Positions 36,912 through 47,600 of a stretch of 64,000 nucleotides of DNA are shown one piece after another. Location of the stretch: the NCBI GenBank assembly GCA_030390025.1, contig CM059438.1:80414001-80478000 (forward strand). The letters run 5' to 3'. The stretch is from Squalus acanthias. Its lineage: Eukaryota. The notes beneath the pieces were generated by a model. It ran no database searches and was not told the DNA's origin. It saw nothing but the letters and a program-made list of their open reading frames with translations. The position numbers and the translations under genes are program-made. Numbering within the stretch: the stretch's first letter is position 1; every line of letters starts with the position of its first letter.

Positions 36912-37690
36912 TGGGGCCGGATTTCCAAGCCAGTGGTGGGGGGCGGGGGTGGAGAGGAGTTCTGGTCGGTACCCTGTTTCCCTGAACACCGTGGAGTTTT
37001 AACTCTGTAGTGTGCATTTTTTTTTTAAACAGGCTCCCCGTCCAGATGTCAGCCGAATTGACAGGCTTGGCTCCCTGGCGGTCGGGGAACACTGCAGAAG
37101 AGGCCGTAGCCCAGGAGCAGGTAGTTTTCCTGCTGCTCAGGGCAGAGATCGCGAGGGGGTGGGGGAAGGGTGGGTGCAGCGTGATTTGGAGGGTCGTGGG
37201 GTGTTTGCGGGAGGTCGGAGAGAGATCAGAGTGAGAGGTGGGGGGAAAGATCGGAGTGGGGGTCAGGGAGAGATCGAAGGGAGAGATGGGGGGTCGGGGG
37301 GAGATCGTGGGGGGGGCTCGAAGAGAGATGGGGGAGTCGGGGAGAGATGGTGAATCGGGGGGGCTGTTGGTAAACTCTGCTGTCTTTGAAGCAGCATGTA
37401 AGCCAAGATGTCCACTCTCCCTCTACTCCCACTAAAAGCTGAGATTTCCTGTAACTGACTGGGTGTACGTGTGTGTGTACACAGGTGTGTGTGCCATGCA
37501 CACATGTGGAGATCTGTGCACAGGTGTGTTATTGTGCAAACTTTAAGCTTCGTCACCCTCTGGGATGCCTGGAATGCTCACGATAAAATTGTTACATTTT
37601 GAATTTGGGGAGGGGGGTGGGGTCTGAGGTGTCCGATCGCTGGGGAGGTTTACAGATTTCCCTGGTGGGCCGGGGAGAAGCATCAGTATA
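36912..37690. mobile_element. Harbinger-type GC-rich MITE with a GGGAGA/GGTCG-rich tract, interrupted at 37371-37603
   Basis: Starts ggggccggatttcc; purine-rich degenerate repeats 37140-37365 resume at 37604. Confidence 0.5.
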
Positions 37691-38160
37691 CTTCGCAAAC
37701 ATTAAACTCCCAACGTCCCCTGTTCAAAATCTAAAACATCCAAACTTTGGGAAATGAGCTTTGACTATAATATGCTCACATCTATTACATAAGAGCAGTT
37801 GAGCAGGAATGGTAATTTCCATACTCATTTTCCCATGCGAACATTTATTCTCACATGCGTTAAACTGAGTTCCCCGAAAGCGTGAACATTGCAATGTTGT
37901 TTTCCAAACTACTGAATAATTCAGTTCAAAATGTAACAATTTTATTTTGAGCATTCTAGGCATCCCAGAGGGTGACGAAGCTTAAAGTTTGCACAATGAC
38001 ACCACACCTGTGCACAGATCTCCACATGTGTGCATGGCACACACACCTGTGTACACACATGTACACCCAGTCAGTTACAGGAAATCTCTCAGCTTTTAGT
38101 AGGAGTAGAGGAAGAGTGGACATTTTGGCTTGCATGCTGCTTCAAAGATAGCTGAGTTTA
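37371..38160. repeat. Long inverted repeat: arms 37371-37603 and 37925-38160, ~320-bp spacer
   Basis: Arms read as reverse complements with scattered substitutions and small indels (roughly 90% by eye). Confidence 0.95.
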
Positions 38161-38419
38161 TGCAGCTGTTACATTCCTGTCTGTGTCTGAGAAGAAACTA
38201 TCTCTTGAACAGAAATTGACTCCCACATTTCATCTACTTTGCCCTTCTTTGAAGCTTAAAGTCTGCACGTGCAAAACTACACCACAATTGAAAACATCGC
38301 CTTGCAGCTTGCCTATCAGACACTGCAGGGTAAATTCAGCACTTCCACGTCCCCAGCAGGGAGCTATGAGTCAAGGGAAATCTCTAAGCCTATCACGGTA
38401 ACTGAGGGCTTTTAAACTA

Positions 38420-39660
38420 TCAATCTAGTGGACCTCCTCTGAACCTTTTCCAATAGTTCCATATCGCCACCATATTAACTGACAGTTTTAGATGAGGTGT
38501 AACCAAAGATGCGTACAGAGACTGTATAGTATTTCTTGCTGTGTATTTAATCGCCCTGGAAATATATCCTATCACTTTATTTGCTTTTGTAACAGCCTCA
38601 CAGCACTGGTTGTGGACCCTCAAAGATTCATGCACTGTAACACCCTGGTCCTCCTTCCTTTCAGCAGCCTTGAGCATGCAACCCTGCATGGTATACACAT
38701 GCTCGGCATTGCCCCTATCCATGTGCATAATATTACACTTATCTATATTAAAAGACAAGTAGATGTGCCTGTAGTCCATTTTTCTCATCTAAGATCCTTA
38801 CATCTTCACATACCTTTGCATCATCTGTGAACTTGTGGACAATTCCCCCAAAATCTTCATTCAGATGATTGACAAAGGTGGTGAAAGGGGTAACGGTCCT
38901 AACACTGATCCCTACTCAACTCCACTAGTAACTGGTTCCCACGTAGAACCACTACCATTAATAACTAGCTTCTGTCTACGAGAATGCAGCCAGTTCCTTA
39001 TCCAACCCGAAATCTGCCTGTTAGTTCCGCAGGATGCGACCTTATCTAGTAGCCTATTGTGTGGCACCTTGTCGAAGGCTTTTTGAAAATCAAGGTACAT
39101 AATGTCAACCGCACTACCGACATCCCCCAACCTAGTAACTTCTTCCAAAAAAAACTCAACCAGGTTGTTGAGACAGGACCTTCTTTTCCAGAAGCCATGT
39201 CGAGATTCTCTAATGATCCCTTCTCTGTCAAGATTGTCATGCAGCATACCTTCAGTGGACCCTTCGAGCAAGGTGCCTGCAATCAAAGTCAAGCCAATGG
39301 GTCTGTAATTTCCTGGTGCTGACATTGCCCCGTTTAAATATTGGCACCGTATGGACCTCTCTTCAGTCCATGGGAACAACCCCAGAACTCAACAAAGTGT
39401 TAAATAAATGAGCAAAGGACTCGCAGAGCACACACCCCATTTGTTTCTGCACCCTCAGGTGACTGCTGTTAAGGCCGGCAGCCCTACGTGTTTTGAGATC
39501 CTTTATTCTAGCCTGGATTATATCTGCATCAACTTCGACAATTTCAACTTCACCATCAACCCTAATGTATTATTGGCAACTCGGCATCATCTTTTGTAGT
39601 GAAAACTAACGCAAATTAGGCATTCAAAACTTCTCCCGTATTCTGAATCCATTCAATTCT
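38420..39660 (-). mobile_element. Old CR1 LINE, RT domain with frameshifts
   Basis: PGNYRPIGLT..SRHGFWKRRSCLNNLVEFF..VDIMYLDFQKAFDKVPHNRLL..WIRNWL..RQKLVING..WEPVTSGV; FNIDKCNIMH. Confidence 0.92.
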
Positions 39661-40771
39661 GCCGAGGAATCCTTCAATTAAAGAGTTCCTATCTTTTACT
39701 GCTTTTTAAAAAACGTTGATTTGTATATGTGGTTTATAATATAGCAAGGATTAGTTGTGTTGAATAATGGAAGTTTTCACTACCATAGAAATGTTGGTAC
39801 ACTGTCTCAATAACGGACACAAAAACGACACTTGAAAACATTTTTTTGTATACATTGCCAATTTTGAGCCTTCACAGATCTTAAGTGACTGAAACCAGCA
39901 CAAAAAAGTTTATTTTTCCAATGAAGTGCATGTACAGGATGTATTCCTGATGTTTGTACTGTTATGCTCTGCCCAGCAACCCTTGTACTTCTCAGTAGGT
40001 GTACTCTATTAGAGGATTGTGATCCTGATGAACGCCCTGCCATTAGCAGCTTCAGCTGAGGAGAGAGTTACATCAACAGGTGGATGATCAGTCTGCAGAA
40101 AGTGGAAAACACACACTTCAGCAGTAGTGTATCTGTGCATCAGAGCGAGGAATGTCTTTATCCATCTGTGCGGAGGGATTAGTGTCTACTTGATATATTT
40201 CAGTGGATATATTTGAGCCAGACATGGCAAAGACAGATCAGTCGCATAAATGACCTTGTTCTCTGTTAGATGTCCTGCAGTGTCCTGTATGTGGTCAAGA
40301 CAGTCATGCAGTTGGTTGAAATCAGTCTGGATGGTATCCTTAGTCGACTTCCCCCGTAGATGACTCCAATCCTCTTCTGGCATCAACATCCCGTCAGAAT
40401 TGAACCAATGTCGATTATTTCTTGGCTCACTGCTAATTCAACAGCAGACACTGGAATGCATGCGCTAATGTCCATAACAGATTATATTCAACCATTTTGG
40501 AGTCCTGAAGAGCATTTTGATCAGGGAAAACATTTGTGATTCTTCACTTGATCCATAGTCCTGTGGAACTGCTTGATTGCCTGTTGGGTAGAAGCATTAG
40601 GCCTCTTTCCTTGGAGGCTTTTCTGATGGTATCTGTATCCACATTCTTCTGTTCAAGCAGCTGCAGTCTGCAGCATGTTCAAACTATAGCGGGTCTTTTA
40701 AATTCCTCAACAGGTCATTTCAATTCATCCGTGCCACTTAGGTGCTCATGTGTGGTGGTTGTTACCAATGT

Positions 40772-41110
40772 TTGTGCACTTGTTGCTGTGCTGTGCAGAG
40801 ATATCTGCGCTCCTCTAATTCTGCCTTCTTGAGCATCCCTGATTGTAAGCGCTCAACCTTTGGTGGTCGTGCCTTCTGTTGCCTAGGCCCTAAGCTCTGG
40901 AATTCCTTGCCTAAACCCCTCCACCTCTCTTTCCTCCTTTTAAGACGCTCCTTAAAACCTACCTCTTTGACCAAGCTTTTGGTCACCTGCCCTAATTTAT
41001 CCTTATGTGTATCGGTGTCAAATTTGTTGTCTTCTAATACTCCTGTGCAGCGCCTTGGGACGTTTTACTATGTTAAAGGCGCTATATAAATACAAGATGT
41101 TGTTGTTGTT
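40772..41110 (+). mobile_element. L2 LINE 3' end with (TGT)n tail
   Basis: RYLRSSNS..GGRAFCCLGPKLWNSLP; tail gcgccttgggacgttttactatgttaaaggcgctatataaatacaag. Confidence 0.88.
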
Positions 41111-41694
41111 GCTGACGACTGCAACACAATGCGGTCCTCGTGCTAGTTTATAATAATGGGATATTGCTGGGTCTGCTGGGCTTGTTGTTGCACCTGATAT
41201 TATTTGGGGGGGGGTTCTTGAAGTGCAGGAAACTTCTCATCAGCAGATAGTCTAGATGTTCCAGGTGTATCTGAGCAGAGACGAACATGATGAGATTAGG
41301 AGGACATCAGCCTTGCTTTGTTTTTCTATAAATCCTCACAGATTTACAAACAACAAGCAATGGTTCAGACTAAATCATATTTATTTTGTCTACTTTGTGT
41401 TCATTAGATTTGGAAAAAAATAAATAAAAGGGCCATGGCACAATGTCAGTAGTGGAGACACAGGTGGGTAATATTTTCTTCCCTTTAACGTTCACTGATT
41501 GCTGTTTGTGAGTAACACCTGATCATTAAACTGATGGGTATGTCCAATTGGATTTGAGCCTCATAAACTCAATAATCTTGCCCGGCAGAAACCGACCTGT
41601 CTTCCTCTGCCTGCGCTAATTCTCACTTTCACACAGCTCAAGCAGTTAATGAGCTGCTTAATCACCAATACTTTGGGAATGAGCTGTAAATACA

Positions 41695-41926
41695 AAAAGG
41701 CTGTGGAGGCTGGATCAATGGAAATTTTCAAGACTGCGCTCGCTAGATTTCTGTTGGGTAGGGGTATTGAGGGATATGGATCAAAGATGGGTGAATGGTT
41801 GTGCACTTGTTGCTGTGCTGTGCAGAGATATCTCCGCTCCTCGAATTCTGCCCTCTTGAGCAGCCATGATGTAATTGAATGGCGGAACAGGCTCGAGGGG
41901 CTGAATGGTCTATTCCCGTTCCTATG
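41695..41926 (+). mobile_element. CR1 3' fragment carrying a ~63-bp copy of 40772-40834
   Basis: KAVEAGSMEIFKT..RFLLGRGIEGYG; UTR cagccatga..attgaatggcggaacaggctcgagggg. Confidence 0.85.
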
Positions 41927-42161
41927 CACCTTCTGCTAACCAGCCCCACGCCCTTCCACCCTTTCCTCACCACCGTACTTGCTTGGTCCCATTCCTGTCC
42001 CAATGTAGGCAGCACACTGGGGAATAGTTTTAAGAACCTGTTAGATGTGTGACCTCCTGTCCTTCGGCAGATTAATGTGCCCCCTGAGGGCAGTCTCTGC
42101 GGCAGCGGCCTCGATATTTTAAAATTCCCCTCCTTGTTTTCAAATCCCTCCGTGGCTTTGC

Positions 42162-42223
42162 CGCAGCGCCTTGGGACGTTTTACGACGTGAAAGGTGCTA
42201 TATAAATGCAAGTCATTGTTGTT
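42162..42223 (+). mobile_element. Short L2/DeuSINE tail
   Basis: gcagcgccttgggacgttttacgacgtgaaaggtgctatataaatgcaagt. Confidence 0.75.
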
Positions 42224-42839
42224 TGTGCCCACATTGTCGGGTGTTCTCTTTGCCAGCACCAGACCTTCCTTCTGGGGAGCCTCTAACCACAGCAACTCCA
42301 GCACAGGGGCCTCCTTGCACTGGTGAAAGGGCATCAGCAACACTCTTGGCTAAGGGAACCTAGAGTCAGAGGAGAGACAGTAGTTCCCAGTTCCAGGCCC
42401 CTACCTGAGGGACCATATGGGAATGCCAGTGCAAACTGCTCCACAGATATAAACAAGTCACTGGTGCTGGTAAACGTGCCAAGCAGGCACCACGATACGC
42501 AGAAAATATCAGTAAAACGCATCTTTTCATTAAAAGCTACAGTCTGTGGATTTATTACCATGAAAATGTAATCCGATTCCAAAATGGGAGAAAACGAAAG
42601 GTATTTGAAACAAAGGCTGGAAACACCCCAGAAGGCCAGGCAGCAAAGATGTTTCAGGTATGGACCCTGCCTCAGTAGAAGGTACTTGGTCTGATACAAA
42701 TGAGAAAATAAAAGCCCTTTCAAATATTATCATTGCTGAAGTTGAGTACGGGGATTCACCAGTGGAGTCATCAGCCACGAGTGTCATGTAGATCCCTGGT
42801 CTTCCAGGAAGCAGCTTTCCACGTATTGAGTACAATGCA

Positions 42840-43245
42840 CCTATACTCTCTGGAGTTTAGAAGAATGAGAGGTGATCTCATTGAAACGTATAAAATTCTT
42901 AGAGGGCTTGACAGGTTCGATGCTGAGAGGCTGTTTCCCCTGACTGGAGGGTCTAGAACCAGGGGTCACAGTCTCAAGATAAGGAGTCAGCCATTTAGGA
43001 CTGAGATGAGGAGAAATTTCTTCACTCAGGGTTGTGAATCTTTGGAATTCTATCCTAGATCAGCCAATGACTTTATTCAAGACTGAGATCGCTAGATTTT
43101 TGGACACTAAGGGAATCGAGGGATGTGGGGGATAGGGTGAGAAAATGGAGTTGAGGTCGAAGTTCAGCCATGATCCTATTGAATGGCAGAGCAGGCTCAA
43201 GGGGCTGTATGGCCTACTCCTGCTCCTAATTCTTATGTTCTTATG
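42840..43245 (+). mobile_element. CR1 3' fragment
   Basis: LYSLEFRRMRGDLIETYKILRGLDR..RTRGHSLKIR..FRTEMRRNFFTQ; tail of ttcttatg repeats. Confidence 0.93.
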
Positions 43246-43407
43246 ACTCTCCCCTTCAAATAATGTGGTCACATTGGACTGTCTCAAGATGGAGTCCCTG
43301 GGCGACATGCTTTGACATGCATGGTTTAGAGCTGCTGTTGCAGACTCTATATGTTGAGTCAGTGGTAGTCTTTTCTATTCATACATGGTTCGGGATTATT
43401 AAGAGGT

Positions 43408-44500
43408 CCACTTTCTCTGTCTCCACCACATCTCTTCTGACGATGCCACCTTCCATACCAGTGCTTCCGATATGTCTTTTTCCTCAACCGAGGATTCCCC
43501 TCTACCGTGGTTGGCATGGCCCTCGACCGTGTCCGTTCCATTTCTCGCACTTCTGCTCTCACCTCACCTCTTCTCCCTCCCAGACCCACGATAGGGTCCC
43601 CCTTGTCCTCACCTTTCACCCCACCAGCCTCAATGGATCATTTTCCACCACCTCCAACGTGATCCCACCACCAAACGCATCTTCCCCTCCTCTTTCCGAA
43701 TTCTGAAGGGACCGCTCCCTCCGCAACACCCTGGTCCACTCCTCAATCAGCCCCTCCCCTCCCCACGGCACCTTCCCGTGCAAGTGTAGGAAATGCAACA
43801 CCTGCCCTTTTACCTCCTCTCTTCCCACTGTCCAGGGCCCCAAACACCTCTTCCAGGTGAAACAGCGATTTACTTGTACTTCTTGCAATTTAGTATACTG
43901 TATTCGCTGCTCACGATGCGGTCTCCTCTACACTGGGAAGACCAAACGCAGATTGGGTGACCGCTTTGCGGAACACCTCTGTTCAGTCCGTAAGGGTGAC
44001 CCTGAGCTTCCGGTCGCCTGTCACTTTAATTCACCGCTTCACTCCCACTCTGACCTCGGCCTCTTACACTGTTCCAATGAAGCTCAACGTAAGCTCGAGG
44101 AACAGCACCTCATCTTTCAATTAGGCACTTTACAGCCTTCTGGACTCAACATTGAGTTCAACAATTTCAGACTATAACCCCTGCCCCCATTTTTTCAGGC
44201 GGCAGCTGTTGATGATTCTGCCATCCCCATTTGCAACATTTAACCACTCCTGCCTTCCACCCTAGCACAGAGACCGTCCCTTCTGTTCCTTCCTCCCCTT
44301 CGTCACCCCCTCCTTTCCCTGCCTCTGCACCTGCTTAAAACCTGTTACATCCCTAACTTTTTCCAGTTCTGATGAAGGGTCACAGACCTGAAACGTTAAC
44401 TCTGTTTCTCTCTCCACGGATGCTGCCTGGTCTGCTGAGTGTTTCCAGCATTTTCTGTTGTTATTTCAGATTTCCAGCATCCGCAGTATTTTGCTATTGT
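43408..44500 (+). mobile_element. Penelope-like retroelement, 5'-truncated, GIY-YIG endonuclease ORF 43857-44177
   Basis: FTCTSCNLVYCIRCSRCGLLYTGKTKRRLGDRFAEH..RKLEEQHLIFQLGTLQPSGLNIEF; DRVPLVLTFHP upstream. Confidence 0.95.
44365..44401 (+). ncRNA. Minimal type-I hammerhead ribozyme motif
   Basis: agtt-CTGATGA-agggtcacagacct-GAA-acgt-t-aact. Confidence 0.72.
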
Positions 44501-45379
44501 CACAAATGGCAATCTGGGTGCAGTTGATCACCCCCTTCACTTTGGGACGACGAGTCAGCTGGTAGAAACCAAGCTGCTTTGCTCCTGCTGCTTGCGGTCC
44601 TCCTTAAACTCAAAGAACTAATGTGTCTTCCAGTCGAAATCTGCAGTCACATCACAAATGCGGCAATTTTCTGTATGGTGGCTGGTCTGGAAGGTGTAGC
44701 AGTTCTGAGCAGTGGTGACTCTAACTTCCACCGACAGCATTGATGCTCTTGCTGACCTCAGTTCATATCTTCGTGTATGAAGCAGCATAGCTCCAAGGCA
44801 GCTTCTTTGCTCATCCTGTGCCTCATTCGATGCTGCTCCTCAGTGAGCCCCGGGTAGGTGTGCCTTGGCCTAGTGTCTCGGCCTAGGGTAGCTAGTATGT
44901 GCATTTTTCAGCCTTTTATGCCCCTTTTCTTCTGCAACGCAGTCGCCCTGTCGGTCCTTCACACGCATTCAACTGCTGGCAAGTCAGCATAACAAACAAT
45001 GTCAGTGAGGCACAACGTCCCTGGTTTCAGCTGGTGAATAATACTCGTTGCAATCAGTTGCTTCATGCCCATGTTCCCCCAACTGAACAGAAGGGTAATT
45101 GTGACTTCTAAGGATCTATTGTGTGAATCAAGTGCTGACATATTGAAGCTCGAGTCCTCGGAGTGTGTGGATTCTTGATTCACAAATTTAGTACTTCATG
45201 GTTCAGTTGGGCAGCAAAGCCAAATTTGGCACACTGAGTAGCTTGGCACATTTCTTCTGATTGCATTCAAAATAAAGACTCGACAGAAATGGGAGAGCAC
45301 AGCTGAGGCATGATGATGAGTGATTACACTACAAGGCATTCCTTGTTAACGTGCATGACTTTGTGAGTCATTACCTCGG

Positions 45380-45900
45380 TACAGTATGTTAAAGTAGAAA
45401 ACAATGTTGAGTTAAGTGGCTGACAGGGTGATCTACGGTACGTGGGCCATCCAGCAGAAGTTTGCCCTATCTGTGCCTTACTATGCTGAGGGCGGAGGAT
45501 TGTCCAGCAGAGAGAAGGTATTAGCAGCTCCCGTCCTTCATATTGAGCATAGGACCCATCAAGCTGAGTGTGGTTTGAGCACTAGGCCATGTTGACTGCT
45601 TTGGGGGGGGAATCATGTGTGGGTACGGGCATTGAGTTCAAAATGACAGTAAGATGACCGCCAGCAATCCTTGAAAAACGAACTTCAGATAGTGTGGCTC
45701 AGCAAGGATATAGGGCTATAGGTCCCGACAATCCATGGGGCCGTTGATGCTGGTGTTGCATCCCAGAGGCGGGACTTCTGCCCACCAATCACCTGTAGTG
45801 CTGACCCGCCAGAGAACGTGGGGCCAGCTAATGTAAATACCCACTGGCGTTTCAGTGGTGCCGTTCCCATGTAACACGAGAGGAATGCGTTGAAGTGAGT
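45380..45900 (-). pseudogene. Highly decayed Harbinger transposase remnant, copy B
   Basis: TPVGIYI..FSGGS..TTGD..SINGPMDC (cf. VQGAIDC)..NAR..HDS; weak but in the expected motif order. Confidence 0.4.
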
Positions 45901-46089
45901 GGAAGTTTGTATGGCTGGCCTTTAAAAAGGCTAAAAGGGATGAAGATTGCAGCAAAAGACTGAGGTAACTGTCAGTTATATGTGATAGAGGCTCACGCAA
46001 GATATTTTGGCACTTTTCAAACATATCTTCAAGTAGAGGACTTAGCAGAGGCATCCAAAGAAAGGATAAGAGCATTGGAAGGAAGCAGA

Positions 46090-46305
46090 AAAGAAGAGCA
46101 GATAACACTCTACAGACATTCCTGGACAAAATGCAGCAATGGAGAGAAAGGCTGCTGGATGCCCATGAGAGGCAGCTCATCAAAGGATCTCATGTGCCAT
46201 GTGGCGAGAGATGGCAGTTACACTGAATTCCATCTCTCTTATCCCCCAGGACTGCAGATCGGTGCTGGAAAAAGTTCAATGACCTGTTGAGGGCAGGCAA
46301 GGCAG
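46090..46305 (+). pseudogene. Myb/SANT-like (Harbinger accessory DNA-binding protein) remnant
   Basis: DNTLQTFLDKMQQWRERLL..MWREMAVTLNSISL..RTADRCWKKFNDLLRAGK across frameshifts. Confidence 0.7.
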
Positions 46306-46469
46306 CAGACAGTCACACTCCCTTTTCTTTGGGCATCAGCATCCTGTTCACGGTCTGAAATGAATAGAAGCACAAAGCACCCTCACGCTGCACTGTGGCT
46401 CAGGGGGCCTCCACCTCCTGGATCATACAGTATGTGTTGCCATCTCCCCTAACAGCAATTACTTGCACG

Positions 46470-47070
46470 GACAAGCTTAAAACCACACCCTAATCTATTA
46501 AGGCAGTAAAATGGCTCTTTCTCACTGTCACTACTCCGGTCGAGGCATGTGTGACAGTGTAGCATTCCTCAGCTGCTATCGTTGCAACTACTTGAAGAGC
46601 TCAGGGATTTCAGAATTTTTAAGGATGAAGGCATGCTGGCAACTTCCAACAAAATCTGGCACTGATGTGGAGCATGCTTTGCACGCTATCACATACAATC
46701 TGGACATTCAGCAGGTTGAGGAAATTAACTGTAGGAATCTGCAATACTACGGGAGCACCATCTATTACGCCTTATACTTTTTGGGGAAGCCAGAAATGTG
46801 AGATTGTCCTATCGCATTGCTACTTTGTGTGATGCCAAACTGGATGAATTCTCCGGTTCCCCCAGGCCTGGGTGACATTGCACAGATCTCCCATGGCTGC
46901 TTGAAATGAGCCGGTGGCATAAAGGTTGCCTGCAGTTGTCACTTTCACAGCCACAGGCAGAGCTGACTGGTCAGATGATCTTGGCGCTAGATCTCCACAG
47001 AACAGCTGGCACAGCTCTCCTATGGCGCTTTGGTGAAGCACACTCTTCTCGTGCAGATATTCTCGCTGAG
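46470..47070 (-). pseudogene. Decayed PIF/Harbinger transposase, copy A
   Basis: ELCQLFCGDLAP..ALPVAVKVTTAGNLYATGSFQAAMGDLC..GEFIQF..ISGFPK.V*GVIDG..LNVQIVCDS..MLHISARF.GSCQHAFILKNSEIPELF..AEECY..HAST..ERAI. Confidence 0.88.
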
Positions 47071-47504
47071 AGCTTTTTTTCATAGAGCCATAGATTGATA
47101 CAGCAGAGAAAGAGGCCACTCGGCCCATCGTGCCTGTGCCGGCTATTTTGATATGAACAACGAAGAAGCCCTGAACAAAGTTTTCTTTTCTCTGCACGCT
47201 TATTATTCTCAGATCAACCTTTTAGAAGCTGGAGGAAGTCATCTTGGTTGTAAAGCAATTTATAAGAATAAACAACTTTCCTCACCAGATTACGCACTGC
47301 TCCTTTTCATTATGATTTATATCATAAGTATAATATACACCAGAAGATACTAAAAAAAAAAGTCACTCAATCTGTACAGGTACTTCCATCATTCCCTCCC
47401 CCATCATGTCCATTCAGAGAGAGGTGTAGAACTTTTTCCTCTGCTTCAAATCTACTTCAGATCTTCTGAACATTCTTCTGTTAGAAGTCATTGTTTCTTT
47501 TGTA

Positions 47505-47600
47505 ACATGTAACGACAGTGGTTATACTTCAGAAGTAACTCATTGGCTGTGAAGCACTTTGGGATACCTTGAGGACATGGTAAAGAGCTATGTAAATAGC
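47505..47600 (+). mobile_element. DeuSINE/SacSINE1-like 3' fragment
   Basis: acttcagaagtaactcattggctgtgaagcactttgggatacc. Confidence 0.65.

Larger units (their letters stand above)
42560..44880 (-). pseudogene. Decayed PIF/Harbinger (HARBI1-like) DDE transposase, copy C, split by Penelope and CR1
   Basis: Manual translation across frameshifts: GLTEEQHRMRHRMSKEAALELCCFIHED..MLSVEVRVTTAQN..QLGFYQLTRRPKVKGVINCTQIAIC|GPLNNPEPCMNRKDYH*LNI..MHVKACRPG..DSILRQSNVTTLFEGES|..LEDQG..SWLMTPLVNP. Confidence 0.85.

Noticed and set aside
38353-38366. Second CTCF-like motif ccagcagggagcta
   Set aside because: Weaker match; expected by chance in 64 kb
46470-47070. Domesticated HARBI1 gene
   Set aside because: Stops, frameshifts and internal deletions show a decayed transposon
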